Origin: an uncultured Candidatus Rokubacteria bacterium
GTDB taxonomy: Bacteria > Methylomirabilota > Methylomirabilia > Rokubacteriales > CSP1-6
Reading direction: 5' to 3'
Assembly (NCBI GenBank): GCA_963771355.1
Contig: CAVYTA010000006.1
Coordinates: 2,016,001-2,080,000, forward strand
DNA: 64,000 bases
In this document: piece by piece, positions 1 through 10,237 of the stretch
Position numbering within the stretch: position 1 is the first letter of the stretch
How the letters are laid out: the number at the start of each line of letters is the position of its first letter
Program-made: the position numbers and the translations under genes
The notes under the pieces: model-generated
Told to the model about the DNA's origin: nothing
Databases searched by the model: none
Seen by the model: the letters and a program-made list of their open reading frames with translations, nothing else

Positions 1-2
1 AC

Positions 3-1205
3 CCATGCCAGGGCGACGTTTACGAGGTCGCCATGCGGTACGGCCGGCGCATTCGGGTCACTGGGGACCACAGCCTGTTCCGCCGGCGAGCCGATGGGCA
101 GCCCGAGCCAGTCCACGTCAATCAGCTCGAGGTCGGAGATCACGTGGCAATCGCCGCGTTTCTCCCAGTGGTCGAGCAGGATCGGCCCGAGGTCTCGCTG
201 GCCGAGCACCTCCTCACGACCCGCAACGACTCCGATCTCTGGGACTACGCGGTAATCGCTCCGTCGCTGGCTCCCATCGTCGCGCGGCACCGTGAGGCCA
301 TCCACGAAGCGCTCCGTGAGTCGGGGCGCATCCGGGCCCGGCGGCTCCGGAACGGCCTGGCCTGCGCCACTCGCAAGTATGAGCGCACGGGGACGGTGCC
401 TCTCGCCGTGATCAAGCGACTCGGCCTCGAGGTCCCCGCCGACGGGCGCCTGCGCATGAATACCGGCGGCGCCCACGTCTCGCTGCCGGCGACCCTCTCG
501 GTCACGGACGACCTGCTCTGGCTGCTCGGATTCTTCCTTGCCGAGGGCTGCTCGTACCGAAGCGGCAAGTCGGCCTACCTCTCATTCAGCTCCGACCAGC
601 GGTATCTGGATCATGCCGCGGCAATCCTGCGTGGCCAGCTCGGCGTGCACGTCGTTGAACAACCGCCGACAGTGGGCCGCGCTCCGGCCCTCTACGCGCA
701 CTCGCGCCTGCTCGTCCTTCTGTTCGATGAGATCTTCGACCTCCTGGGGCCCGGCATCCCGCCGTGGATCCTCCAGCTCCCCCTCTCCCGCCTCAAGTGG
801 TTCCTGGAGGGGTATCGGGAAGGGGACGGGACAAACCGCGGGAAGAAGCTGGGGCACGAGATGTGCTTCGATACCGTGAGCGAGCGGCGGGCGCAGGATC
901 TCGCGCTGATTCTCCTGCGCTTTGGGATCGTCGCCTCGCTTGGTCGATACGAGACGACCTTCACCCGCAAGTACGGCAAGCGCCGCTTCCCATTCTATCG
1001 GCTGACGGTGTGCAAGGTTTCTGACTTCGACATCCTGCACTGGGACCGTGGGCCCACTCAGACCCTGAACGCCCGGCGCCAGGGCGACCTCGTATGGGCC
1101 CGGGTTTCTTCGGTCGAGAAGTGCCTGACCACTCCGTACGTGTACGACTTCTCGGTGCCCGAGGCGGAGAACTTCATGGGCGGGATCGGGGTGTGCTGCC
1201 ACAAT
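3..1205 (+). mobile_element. Intein with LAGLIDADG homing endonuclease (N-terminus outside the window)
   Basis: Block [11 protein letters not shown]; endonuclease motifs LLGFFLAEG and [10 protein letters not shown]; block F YVYDFSV; terminal His-Asn (1200-1205) followed by Thr+1. Confidence 0.92.
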
Positions 1206-1622
1206 ACTTACGGGCCGCGTATGAGGCTCGCCGACGGGCGCGCCATCCCCACCTTCATCCGGCAGGCCCTGCGCGGCGAGCCGCTCACGGTGGCGGGGGA
1301 CGGCTCGCAGACGCGCTCGTTCACGCACTACTCCGACCTGGTGGACGGCATCTGGCGGCTCATGAACAAGCCCGTCAACGAGCCCGTCAACCTCGGCAAC
1401 CCGTACGAGATGACGCTGCTCGCGCTGGCCCAGATGATCGTCAAGCTCGCCGACTCGCGCAGCGAGCTCGTCTTCATCCCGCTGCCGGCGGACGACCCCA
1501 AGGTGCGCCAGCCCGACATCACCCGTGCGCGGAGCCTGCTCGGCTGGGAGCCGCGGGTGGACGTGGAGAGCGGGTTGCGCCAGACCATCGAGTGGTACCG
1601 GAAGTCCGGGGCGGTGCGGTGA
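3..1622 (+). CDS. uxs: UDP-glucuronate decarboxylase-like NAD-dependent epimerase/dehydratase (5'-truncated), interrupted by an intein
   Basis: C-extein from 1206, [22 protein letters not shown]...GDGSQTRSF...PVNLGNP...[10 protein letters not shown], matches the UXS C-terminal half that normally follows RIFN. The frame is open from position 3. Confidence 0.85.
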   Translation, partial: PCQGDVYEVAMRYGRRIRVTGDHSLFRRRADGQPEPVHVNQLEVGDHVAIAAFLPVVEQDRPEVSLAEHLLTTRNDSDLWDYAVIAPSLAPIVARHREAIHEALRESGRIRARRLRNGLACATRKYERTGTVPLAVIKRLGLEVPADGRLRMNTGGAHVSLPATLSVTDDLLWLLGFFLAEGCSYRSGKSAYLSFSSDQRYLDHAAAILRGQLGVHVVEQPPTVGRAPALYAHSRLLVLLFDEIFDLLGPGIPPWILQLPLSRLKWFLEGYREGDGTNRGKKLGHEMCFDTVSERRAQDLALILLRFGIVASLGRYETTFTRKYGKRRFPFYRLTVCKVSDFDILHWDRGPTQTLNARRQGDLVWARVSSVEKCLTTPYVYDFSVPEAENFMGGIGVCCHNTYGPRMRLADGRAIPTFIRQALRGEPLTVAGDGSQTRSFTHYSDLVDGIWRLMNKPVNEPVNLGNPYEMTLLALAQMIVKLADSRSELVFIPLPADDPKVRQPDITRARSLLGWEPRVDVESGLRQTIEWYRKSGAVR

Positions 1623-2551
1623 GGATCCTGGTGACGGGGGGAGCCGGCTTCATCGGCTCCCACGTGGTGGACGCCTTTCTCGGCGCGGGGCACACCGTCT
1701 CGGTGGTGGACAATCTCGCCACCGGCAACCGGGCCTGGCTCACGGGCAAGCCCGTCCGGCTCCACGTCCTGGATATACGCGCGGCCCGCCTGGCGGACGT
1801 GTTCGAGGCCGAGCGGCCGGAGACGGTGGCCCATCTCGCCGCGCAGGCGTCGGTGGGCCGCTCCGTCGCCGACCCCACCTTCGACGCCGGCGTCAACGTG
1901 ATCGGGGGGCTCAACCTCCTCGAGTGCTGCCGCCGGACGGGCGTGACGCGCGTCATCTACTCCTCGAGCGGGGGCGCCGGCTACGGGGACACCGAGGCGA
2001 TTCCTACTCCGGAGACCCATCCCTCTCTGCCCTCCTCGCCGTACGGCGTCAGCAAGGTGGCGATGGAGCACTACGTCGCCGCGCTGGGCGCCATCCACGG
2101 CTGGTCCGCGGTGGCGCTTCGCTATGCCAACGTCTACGGGCCGCGCCAGAACCCCGCCGGGGAAGCCGGCGTCGTCGCGATCTTCTGCAGCCGGCTGCTC
2201 CAGGCCCAGCCTCCCGTGATCAACGGAGACGGCTCGCAAACCCGCGACTACACCTATGTCGAGGACGTGGCGGCGGCCAACCTCGCCGCGCTCGACCGGC
2301 CGCAGGTGCAGGGCGCGTTCAATATCGGTACCGGCGTGGAAACCTCGGTCAACGACCTCTTCGCGCGCCTGGCCCGCTCGGCGGGCTTCGACGGGCCGCC
2401 CGGCCACGGGCCGGCCCGGCCGGGCGAGCAGCGCCGCAGCTGCCTGGATCCCGCCCGCGCCGCGCACGAGCTCGGCTGGCGGCCCTCCGTCTCGCTGGAC
2501 GACGGGCTGGCCCGAACGTTCGAATTCTTCAAGAAGGAGGCAGGACGATGA
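1619..2551 (+). CDS. NAD-dependent epimerase/dehydratase (UDP-glucose 4-epimerase-like)
   Basis: GTG overlaps the upstream TGA; motifs [18 protein letters not shown] (YxxxK) and [10 protein letters not shown]. Confidence 0.9.
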   Translation: MRILVTGGAGFIGSHVVDAFLGAGHTVSVVDNLATGNRAWLTGKPVRLHVLDIRAARLADVFEAERPETVAHLAAQASVGRSVADPTFDAGVNVIGGLNLLECCRRTGVTRVIYSSSGGAGYGDTEAIPTPETHPSLPSSPYGVSKVAMEHYVAALGAIHGWSAVALRYANVYGPRQNPAGEAGVVAIFCSRLLQAQPPVINGDGSQTRDYTYVEDVAAANLAALDRPQVQGAFNIGTGVETSVNDLFARLARSAGFDGPPGHGPARPGEQRRSCLDPARAAHELGWRPSVSLDDGLARTFEFFKKEAGR

Positions 2552-2718
2552 TCGACGAGGAGCTCCGCGCCATCCTGGCCTGTCCCGCGTGCAAGGGCGA
2601 CCTCTTGTTCGAGGAAACCCGGATCATCTGCCCGGCGTGCCGCAAGGCCTATCCCATCCGGGATGGCATCCCGGTGATGCTGATCTCCGAGGCGGAGCCC
2701 TGGGCGCCGACCAAGTAA
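2548..2718 (+). CDS. Trm112/YcaR-family small zinc-ribbon protein
   Basis: [19 protein letters not shown]...CPACRKAYPIRDGIPVML; AGGAGG Shine-Dalgarno; ATGA overlap with the upstream stop. Confidence 0.88.
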   Translation: MIDEELRAILACPACKGDLLFEETRIICPACRKAYPIRDGIPVMLISEAEPWAPTK

Positions 2719-3776
2719 CCGCCGTCATCCTCGCGGGTGGCCAGGGCACCCGGCTCCGGCCGCTCACCTATGATCGGCCCAAGCCGATCGTCCCGCTGCT
2801 CAACGTTCCCTTTCTCGCCTACCAGCTCGCGCTGCTCGCGCGCCATGGGATCCGGGACGCGGTGCTGTCCTGCTCCTACATGGTGGACGCGGTGCGGGCC
2901 ACCATGGGCGACGGTGCCGCCTGGGGCGTGCGGCTGTCGTATGCGGTGGAGGACGAGCCGCTCGGCACCGCGGGCGGGGTGCGCCACGCGGTGGACGTCG
3001 CGGACGGGCGCGTGCTCGTGCTCAACGGCGACATCCTCACCGATGCCGACCTCGGCGCGATGCTCGCCTTCCACGAGGCGCGCGGCTCGGCGGCCACGCT
3101 GTACCTCACGCGGGTGCCCGACCCCACCGCCTTCGGCCTGGTGGAGCTGGGGGAGGGCGGCCGCATCCGGCGCTTCATCGAGAAGCCGGATCCGTCGCAG
3201 GTCACGACCGACACCGTCAACGCCGGCATCTACGTGCTCGACGGGCGCCTGCTCGCCCGCATCCCCCGGGGCCGCGCGGTGTCCATCGAGCGGGAGTTCT
3301 TCCCGGGGCTGCTCGAAGACCGTCTGCCCTTCTTCGGATGGGTGGCGGAACACTACTGGCTCGACATCGGCAGTCCCGCCAAGTATCGCCAGGGCGCGCT
3401 CGACCTCCTCGCCGGGCGCGTCGCCACGCCGCTCTCGCCCGCGGGCGCGCAGGGCGGCGGACGCTTCGTGGCACCGGGCGCGGTGCTGGAGCCGGGGGCG
3501 CGCGTGACGAGCCCGGCCGTCATCGGAGCCGACTGCCGCGTGGCGGCCGGCGCCGCCGTGGGCCCTTCCACCGTGCTCGGAACCGGATGCGTGGTGGGCG
3601 GCGACGCCGCGGTGACGGGCGCCATCCTCTGGGAGCGCGTGGAGGTCGGTGCGGGCGCCGAGCTCCGCGACTGCATTGTCGGCGCGGGGGCGTGCGTGGG
3701 CGCCGGCGCCCGCGTCGGTCCCGGCGCGGTGGTCGAGCCGGGCGCGAGGATCCCCTCCGGGGCCCGGCTGCCCTGA
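2700..3776 (+). CDS. NDP-sugar pyrophosphorylase (mannose-1-phosphate guanylyltransferase-like) with left-handed beta-helix tail; start uncertain (CTG)
   Basis: AVILAGGQGTRLRPLT..PKP, EPLGTAG, NGD, YWLDIG and C-terminal hexapeptide repeats. No in-frame ATG/GTG/TTG lies near the domain start. Confidence 0.85.
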   Translation: MGADQVTAVILAGGQGTRLRPLTYDRPKPIVPLLNVPFLAYQLALLARHGIRDAVLSCSYMVDAVRATMGDGAAWGVRLSYAVEDEPLGTAGGVRHAVDVADGRVLVLNGDILTDADLGAMLAFHEARGSAATLYLTRVPDPTAFGLVELGEGGRIRRFIEKPDPSQVTTDTVNAGIYVLDGRLLARIPRGRAVSIEREFFPGLLEDRLPFFGWVAEHYWLDIGSPAKYRQGALDLLAGRVATPLSPAGAQGGGRFVAPGAVLEPGARVTSPAVIGADCRVAAGAAVGPSTVLGTGCVVGGDAAVTGAILWERVEVGAGAELRDCIVGAGACVGAGARVGPGAVVEPGARIPSGARLP

Positions 3777-3780
3777 CGCG

Positions 3781-3789
3781 TGTTATCCT
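3781..3789 (+). promoter_or_regulatory. Extended -10 element (TGtTATCCT) for lepA, probably leaderless
   Basis: TGnTAnnnT ends 8 nt before the ATG at 3798; no Shine-Dalgarno. Confidence 0.55.
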
Positions 3790-3797
3790 GAGTCCCG

Positions 3798-5588
3798 ATG
3801 GCCATCGAGCAGATCCGAAACTTCTCCATTGTCGCGCACATCGACCACGGCAAGTCCACCCTGGCCGACCGGCTCCTGTCCCTCACCGGAACCATGGACG
3901 CCAAGAAGGCGGTGGGCCAGGTGCTGGACTCGATGGACCTGGAGAAGGAGCGGGGCATCACCATCAAGGCGCATACCGTCCGCCTCCTCTACACTGCCCG
4001 GGACGGCAAGGAATACACGCTCAACCTCATCGACACCCCCGGGCATGTGGACTTCTCCTACGAGGTCTCCCGCTCGCTGGCCGCCTGCGAGGGCGCAGTG
4101 CTGATCGTGGACGCCGCTCAGGGGGTGGAGGCTCAGACCCTCGCGAACTTCTACCTGGCGGCGGATGGGGGGCTGGAGATCGTCCCCGTCATCAACAAGA
4201 TCGACCTGCCCGCCGCGGACGTGGAGGGCACCCGAAGCCAGATCACCGAGCTCCTCGATCTGGACGGCGACGGCGCCATCGCCATCTCCGCCAAGCACGG
4301 CACCGGCGTGCCCGAGGTGCTGGAAGCCATCGTCGAGCGCATCCCGCCGCCCAAGGGCGACGTGGACGCGCCGCTCAAGGCGCTGGTATTCGACTCCTTC
4401 TACGACTCCTACCAGGGCGTGGTGGTCTATATCCGGCTGCTCGACGGGCGCGTGCGCGCGGGCCAGCGCATCCTGCTCATGTCCAACGGCAAGATCTACG
4501 AAGTGCAGCAGGTGGGCGTGTTCTCACCTGACATGCGGCCGGTGGAAGAGCTGTCGGCGGGACAGGTCGGCTACCTCACCGCCGCCATCAAGCGCGTGGC
4601 CGACGCCAAGATGGGGGAGACCATCACCGACGCCCTCCGGCCCACCGCAGCCCCCTGCCCCGGGTATCGCGACGCCAAGCCGATGGTCTTCGCCGGGCTC
4701 TACCCCATCGAGGACACCGACTACGAGGGCCTGCGCGACGCACTGGAGAAGCTCCGGCTCAACGACTCCGCCTTCAACTTCGAGCCCGAAACGTCGCTGG
4801 CGCTGGGCTACGGCTTCCGCTGCGGCTTTCTCGGCATGCTCCACCTGGAGATCGTGCAGGAGCGCCTGGAGCGCGAGTTCAACCTCTCCCTCATCGTCAC
4901 CGCGCCCAGCGTGCGCTACAAGGTGATCACCACCCAGGGCGAGACGCTCGAGGTGGAGAACCCCTCCCGGCTGCCGCCCCCGGACAAGATCGAGCGCATG
5001 GAGGAGCCCTACGTGCGCGGCTCCGTCTTCGTGCCCACCGAGTTCATGAGCGAGATCTACAAGCTCGCCCAGGACAAGCGCGGCGAGCACCGCTCGCTGG
5101 AGTACGTGGGCAAGCGCGTGCACATCCTCTTCGACTTCCCGCTGGCCGAGATCGTGGTGGACTTCTACGACAAGCTCAAGTCTATCTCCAAGGGCTACGC
5201 CTCCTTCGACTACGAGTTCCTCGACTTCCGCGAGTCGGAGCTGGTGAAGCTCGACATCCTCCTCAACGGCGATCCCGTGGACGCGCTGTCCACCATCGCC
5301 CACCGGGACAAGGCCTACGAGAAGGGCAAGACGCTCACCGAGAAGCTCCGCGCGGTCATCCCCCGGCAGCTCTACGAGGTGGCCATTCAGGCCGCCATCG
5401 GCAGCCGTGTCATCGCCCGGGAGACCGTCAAGGCCATGGGCAAGAACGTCACCGCCAAGTGCTATGGCGGGGACATCACCCGGAAGCGGAAGCTCCTGGA
5501 GAAGCAGAAAGAGGGCAAGAAGCGCATGAAGCAGGTCGGAAAGGTCGAAGTGCCGCAGGAAGCGTTCCTGTCGGTGCTCAAGAGCTGA
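3798..5588 (+). CDS. lepA: Elongation factor 4 (LepA)
   Basis: [49 protein letters not shown]. Confidence 0.98.
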   Translation: MAIEQIRNFSIVAHIDHGKSTLADRLLSLTGTMDAKKAVGQVLDSMDLEKERGITIKAHTVRLLYTARDGKEYTLNLIDTPGHVDFSYEVSRSLAACEGAVLIVDAAQGVEAQTLANFYLAADGGLEIVPVINKIDLPAADVEGTRSQITELLDLDGDGAIAISAKHGTGVPEVLEAIVERIPPPKGDVDAPLKALVFDSFYDSYQGVVVYIRLLDGRVRAGQRILLMSNGKIYEVQQVGVFSPDMRPVEELSAGQVGYLTAAIKRVADAKMGETITDALRPTAAPCPGYRDAKPMVFAGLYPIEDTDYEGLRDALEKLRLNDSAFNFEPETSLALGYGFRCGFLGMLHLEIVQERLEREFNLSLIVTAPSVRYKVITTQGETLEVENPSRLPPPDKIERMEEPYVRGSVFVPTEFMSEIYKLAQDKRGEHRSLEYVGKRVHILFDFPLAEIVVDFYDKLKSISKGYASFDYEFLDFRESELVKLDILLNGDPVDALSTIAHRDKAYEKGKTLTEKLRAVIPRQLYEVAIQAAIGSRVIARETVKAMGKNVTAKCYGGDITRKRKLLEKQKEGKKRMKQVGKVEVPQEAFLSVLKS

Positions 5589-5592
5589 CGCC

Positions 5593-6264
5593 GTGAGCGA
5601 TATCGAGACGCGTCCCGAGACGGGCCCGAGTCCGGTGGAGGCGACGACCAAGCCGCGCCGGAAGTCCCTCGTCCGCGAGTACGGCGAGGCCATCGTGGTG
5701 GCGGTCCTGCTGGCGCTGGTCATCCGCGCCTTCGTGGTGCAGGCCTTCACCATTCCCTCCGGCTCCATGATGGACACCCTGCTGGTGGGCGACTACATCC
5801 TGGTCAACAAGTTCCTCTACGGGCCGGAGATCCCCTTCACCGATGCCCACCTGCCCGGCCTCCGCGACCCGCGCCGCGGCGACGTCATCGTCTTCAAGTA
5901 CCCCAACGACGAGACCCGCGACTTCATCAAGCGCATCATCGCGGTGGGCGGCGAGACGGTACAGGTCAAGGACAACCGCGCCTTCGTGGACGGCAAGCCC
6001 CTGGACGAGCCCTATGTGCGCCCGGGGTCCGTGCCCACCACCCCGGCCGGGCACTGCGGCTATCTCTATGGCTGCGATCCCATCGTGGTGCCGCCCGGCG
6101 CCTACTTCGTGATGGGAGACAACCGCGACAACTCGCAGGACAGCCGCTACTGGGGCTTCGTCAAAGGCGAGAAGATCCGCGGCAAGGCTTTCCTGATCTA
6201 CTGGTCGTGGAACGGCGACCGCCACTGGCTCCGCTGGAGACGTCTGGGCCACTGGCTCCCGTAG
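5593..6264 (+). CDS. lepB: Signal peptidase I
   Basis: One TM segment, then IPSGSM, FIKRII and GDNRDNSQDSRYWG; follows lepA. Confidence 0.96.
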   Translation: MSDIETRPETGPSPVEATTKPRRKSLVREYGEAIVVAVLLALVIRAFVVQAFTIPSGSMMDTLLVGDYILVNKFLYGPEIPFTDAHLPGLRDPRRGDVIVFKYPNDETRDFIKRIIAVGGETVQVKDNRAFVDGKPLDEPYVRPGSVPTTPAGHCGYLYGCDPIVVPPGAYFVMGDNRDNSQDSRYWGFVKGEKIRGKAFLIYWSWNGDRHWLRWRRLGHWLP

Positions 6265-7436
6265 GCCCCTCGCCCGCTTCGGCGCCGCTGGACGGGTGGG
6301 CGCCGCGGGCGGCACGGCTCGGCGTTTACGTCCACGTTCCCTTCTGCGCCAAGCGCTGCGGGTACTGCGCCTTCAATACCGCGCCCTATCTCGAGACCGC
6401 CGTCCCGCGCTTCCTGCGCGCCCTCGACGCCGAGATCGCGCAAGCGGGGACCGCGCCCTGGGCGCGGGGGGTCCGTGCGGCCACCGTCTTCTTCGGGGGC
6501 GGCACGCCATCCCTCCTCGCCTCCGCCGAGCTCGCCGGCGTTCTCGACGCGCTCCGGGCGCGCTTTCCCCTGGAGGCGGGCGCAGAGGTCACGGTGGAGT
6601 GCAACCCGGAGAGCGTCTCGCGCGAGCGCCTCGAGGGCTATCGCGCGGCGGGCGTGACCCGGATCAGCCTGGGCGTCCAGAGCCTCGAGGACTCCGTTCT
6701 CCCCACGCTCGACCGGCTCCACACCGCCGCCGACGCGCGCCGCGCCTTCGACGATGCCCGCGACGCCGGCTTCGACAACGTGAGCGTCGACCTCATCTAC
6801 GGGCTCCCGGGGACGGACGGCGCGGGCTGGGAGCGCACCGTGGCGGGAGTTCTCGACTGGGCGCCCGACCACCTCTCCGCCTATGCCCTGTCGCTCGACG
6901 AGGGCAGCCTCTGGAGCGCGGCCGGCGTGGGCGGGCTGCCCGGCGAGGACGAGGCGGCGGCGCAGTACCAGACCCTCACCCGCCTCGCCCGCGCCGCCGG
7001 CTACGAGCACTACGAGATCTCCAACTACGCGCGGCCCGGCCGCCGGTCCGCGCACAACCAGCTCTACTGGCGCGCCGAGGAATACCTCGCGTTCGGCCCG
7101 GGCGCCTGCGGCTTCCTCGGCGAGGTGCGCTATGGCAACGTGAAGCCGCTCGAGCGCTACTGCGGCACGCTGGAGGCGGGGCGACTGCCGGTGGCGACGC
7201 ACGAAACGCTCACCGCGCGCCAGCGCCTGGCGGAGCGTCTCTTCCTCGGGCTGCGCACCGCCGACGGCGTGCCCGCGGCGTGGCTGGACGAGCGCGTGGC
7301 CCTCGAGCCCGCGCGCCTCTCGCCCCGCGTGAAGGCGTGGCGCGAGCGCGGGCTGCTGGAGACGCGCGATGGCCGCGCGCGGCTCACCGAGGACGGATTC
7401 CTTCTGTCCGACGCCCTGTTCGTCGACCTGCTTTAG
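6207..7436 (+). CDS. hemW: Radical SAM heme chaperone HemW (start uncertain; CTG at 6252 or 6288 also possible)
   Basis: YVHVPFCAKRCGYC, FFGGGTPS, HYEISNYA, HNQLYW; located between lepB and hrcA. Confidence 0.9.
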   Translation: MERRPPLAPLETSGPLAPVGPSPASAPLDGWAPRAARLGVYVHVPFCAKRCGYCAFNTAPYLETAVPRFLRALDAEIAQAGTAPWARGVRAATVFFGGGTPSLLASAELAGVLDALRARFPLEAGAEVTVECNPESVSRERLEGYRAAGVTRISLGVQSLEDSVLPTLDRLHTAADARRAFDDARDAGFDNVSVDLIYGLPGTDGAGWERTVAGVLDWAPDHLSAYALSLDEGSLWSAAGVGGLPGEDEAAAQYQTLTRLARAAGYEHYEISNYARPGRRSAHNQLYWRAEEYLAFGPGACGFLGEVRYGNVKPLERYCGTLEAGRLPVATHETLTARQRLAERLFLGLRTADGVPAAWLDERVALEPARLSPRVKAWRERGLLETRDGRARLTEDGFLLSDALFVDLL

Positions 7437-7450
7437 TGTAGGATGGCGCC

Positions 7451-8506
7451 ATGACGCCGGACGCCCACCTCGACGAGCGCCGACGCCAGGTGCTGGTGTC
7501 GATCATCGCCGAGTACGTCGAGAGCGCCGAGCCGGTGGGCTCGCGCTCCATCGCGCGCCGTCACATGCGCGGATTGTCCGCGGCCACTATCAGAAATGTC
7601 ATGGCCGATCTCGAGGAGATGGGCTATCTCTCCCAGCCCCATACCTCCGCCGGCCGCGTGCCCACCGACAAGGCGTATCGCTTCTACGTGGATCACCTGC
7701 GCGGGATGCCGTGGGTGGACAAGGCCACCGCGGGCGCGCCCGCGCGCGAGCCGGCGGGCCCGCCCGCGAGCGGCTTCGAGCGGCTCATGGCCGAGACCCC
7801 CGCCCAGCTCTCCCAGGGCACCCACATGACGGGGATCCTCCTCGCGCCGCCGCTCCAGCAGACCGCGCTGGACCGCATCGAGCTGGTGCCGCTGGGCGAG
7901 GGCCGTGCCCTCGCGGTGGTGGTGACGGAGACCGGCTGGGTCACCACCCAGGCCATCAGTGTGGAGGGGCGGCTGACCCTCGACGACCTGCGCGAGATGG
8001 GTCGGAGCCTCACCCGGCGCTTCCGGGGCAAGACCTTCCAGGCGATCCTCGACGACATCGCCTCCCCCGCCGATCCTCTCGACCCGCTGTGGACGCGCGG
8101 GCGGGCCCTGCTCGATCAGGTGGTGGCGGTGCTGCGCGCGCGCACGCTCTACGTGAGCGGGGCGCTCAACATGCTCGACCACCCGGACCTCTCCGACGTG
8201 GCCACGGTGCGGCGGCTGCTCCACGCCTTCGAGGAGAAGGCGCGCCTGATCGATCTCCTCTCCCGCATCGCCCAGGAGCGAGGCGTCCAGATCGTGATCG
8301 GCGCGGAGAATCCCCTGGAGGAGATGCGAGAGGTGAGCCTGGTGGCCTCGACCTACAGCTATCGGGACGAGGTGCTCGGGGTGCTGGGGGTGGTGGGCCC
8401 CCGCCGCATGGCCTACTCGGACGTCATCTCCATCGTGGACGAGACCGCCCGGCTCGTCTCGAGCTCGCTGTCGCGCGTCCGCCCCGAGCTCTATCTGCCC
8501 TCCTGA
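7451..8506 (+). CDS. hrcA: Heat-inducible transcription repressor HrcA
   Basis: EPVGSRSI, SAATIRNVMADLEEMGYLSQPHTSAGRVPTDKAYRFYVD, GVVGPRRMAY. Confidence 0.96.
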   Translation: MTPDAHLDERRRQVLVSIIAEYVESAEPVGSRSIARRHMRGLSAATIRNVMADLEEMGYLSQPHTSAGRVPTDKAYRFYVDHLRGMPWVDKATAGAPAREPAGPPASGFERLMAETPAQLSQGTHMTGILLAPPLQQTALDRIELVPLGEGRALAVVVTETGWVTTQAISVEGRLTLDDLREMGRSLTRRFRGKTFQAILDDIASPADPLDPLWTRGRALLDQVVAVLRARTLYVSGALNMLDHPDLSDVATVRRLLHAFEEKARLIDLLSRIAQERGVQIVIGAENPLEEMREVSLVASTYSYRDEVLGVLGVVGPRRMAYSDVISIVDETARLVSSSLSRVRPELYLPS

Positions 8507-8553
8507 CCCTCCCGCGGGGGCCGCGCGCCCGTCTGCTATACTCGGAGATTGTG

Positions 8554-9138
8554 ATGACCGACTCTCGGGATTCCTCCGACGACTGGGCCTCGGGAACTGC
8601 CGGCGGCGGCGCCGGCGCTGAAATGGAAGCGGAGCTGATGCGCCTGCGCGAGGCCCTGGAGGCCAAGGCCCGCGAGGCGGACGCCACCCATGACCGGTAC
8701 GTGCGCACTGCCGCCGAGTTCGACAACGCGCGTAAGCGCGCGGTCCGGGAGCGTGAGGAGCTGATCCGCGGCGCCAACGAGAGTCTCATCCGCGAGCTGC
8801 TGCCGGTGCTCGACAACTTCGAGCGCGCCTTGCAGGCGGCGCGCGGCGACGCGGGGGCGGCCGCCGTCACCGCGGGGGTGGAGCTCATCCAGCGCGAGCT
8901 GCTCCGCGTGCTGGAGAAGTTCGGGGTGACCGCGTTCACCTCGGTGGGCATGCCGTTCGATCCCGAGCGCCACGAGGCGGTGGCCCGGGTGCCCGCAGCG
9001 GGCCGACCGGAGATGACGGTCGTCGATGAAACCGCGCGCGGTTATCTGCTCAACGGCCGTGTCCTCCGCCCTGCCATGGTCACCGTGGCGATGAACGCCG
9101 ACGGCGAGGCGGGCGGAACGGGCGCGGTCGACGCCTAG
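8554..9138 (+). CDS. grpE: Nucleotide exchange factor GrpE (GTG at 8551 is an alternative start)
   Basis: [47 protein letters not shown]. Confidence 0.95.
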   Translation: MTDSRDSSDDWASGTAGGGAGAEMEAELMRLREALEAKAREADATHDRYVRTAAEFDNARKRAVREREELIRGANESLIRELLPVLDNFERALQAARGDAGAAAVTAGVELIQRELLRVLEKFGVTAFTSVGMPFDPERHEAVARVPAAGRPEMTVVDETARGYLLNGRVLRPAMVTVAMNADGEAGGTGAVDA

Positions 9139-9139
9139 C

Positions 9140-10237
9140 GTGGCCGGTCAGAACCTCTACTCGATCCTCGGGGTCGCGCGCGAAGCGGACGAGGCCGCGC
9201 TCAAGAGCGCCTACCGCAAGCTCGCGCGGATGTATCACCCCGACAAGAATCCCGGCGACAAGGCCGCCGAGGAGCGCTTCAAGGAGGTCAACGAGGCCTA
9301 CGCCGTGCTGTCCGATCCGGACAGGCGGGCGCAGTACGACCGCTTCGGGACGGTGGGGGGCGGGGCCGGCGGCCAGGACGTCGGCTTCGGGACCATCTTC
9401 GAGGACCTCTTCGAGGGCTTCTTCGGCGGGGGCGGTGAGCGCGGCCGCCGCACGCGCGCGCGCCGGGGCGAGCATCTCCGCTACGACCTCGAGGTGACGC
9501 TCGAGGAAGCGGCCGAGGGCCTCGAGTCCAAGCTCCAGATTCCGCGGCTGGAGAGCTGCGAGGGCTGCAAGGGGACGGGACAACAGGCGGGTACGCAGCC
9601 CGAGACCTGCAGCGCCTGCCGCGGAGCCGGCCAGGTGCGCTTCTCCCAGGGCTTTCTCACCGTGGCCCGCCCCTGCCCCCAGTGCGGGGGCGAGGGCCAG
9701 ATCAACCGCGCCCCGTGCAAGGACTGCCGGGGCCAGGGACGCATCCGCAAGGAACGGCTGCTGAAGGTCACCATCCCGCCCGGGGTGGAGGATGGCAATC
9801 AGCTCCGCCTCAGCGGCGAGGGGGAAGGCGGCCTGTTCGGCGGACCGGCCGGCGACCTCTATGTGGTGCTCCACCTGCGGCCGCACGAGATCTTCGTGCG
9901 GCAGGGCGCCGAGCTCTTCTGCGAGCTCCCGGTGTCCTTCGCCCAGGCGGCCCTCGGCGACGTGGTAGAAGTGCCCGTGCTCGGGGGCCGGGCGGAGCTG
10001 ACGGTGCCGCCGGGCACCCAGCCCGCTCAGCAGCTCCGCCTGCGCGGCAAGGGCATGCCGCATCTCCGCGGGCGCGGGCGGGGGGACGCCGTGTACCAGG
10101 TGGTGGTCGAGGTGCCGACCAAGCTCACTGCGCGCCAGCGGGAGCTGCTCGAGGAGTTCCGCCAGGCTTCGGCGGAGCACGCCGGCCCCCTGTCCACCTC
10201 CTTCGTCGACCGGATGAAGAAGCTCTTCGGCTCCTGA
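9140..10237 (+). CDS. dnaJ: Chaperone DnaJ
   Basis: J domain with HPD, G/F-rich region and four CxxCxGxG repeats. Confidence 0.97.
   Translation: MAGQNLYSILGVAREADEAALKSAYRKLARMYHPDKNPGDKAAEERFKEVNEAYAVLSDPDRRAQYDRFGTVGGGAGGQDVGFGTIFEDLFEGFFGGGGERGRRTRARRGEHLRYDLEVTLEEAAEGLESKLQIPRLESCEGCKGTGQQAGTQPETCSACRGAGQVRFSQGFLTVARPCPQCGGEGQINRAPCKDCRGQGRIRKERLLKVTIPPGVEDGNQLRLSGEGEGGLFGGPAGDLYVVLHLRPHEIFVRQGAELFCELPVSFAQAALGDVVEVPVLGGRAELTVPPGTQPAQQLRLRGKGMPHLRGRGRGDAVYQVVVEVPTKLTARQRELLEEFRQASAEHAGPLSTSFVDRMKKLFGS

Noticed and set aside
7400..7450. CIRCE operator upstream of hrcA
   Set aside because: No TTAGCACTC-N9-GAGTGCTAA match; the gap is only 14 nt.
7369..8550. Long N-terminal extension of GrpE in the ORF track (similar extensions on prmA, fdrA, gmk, trmD and others)
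   Set aside because: Arg/Gly/Pro-rich off-frame read-through of the upstream gene; the real starts lie at the stop/start junctions.
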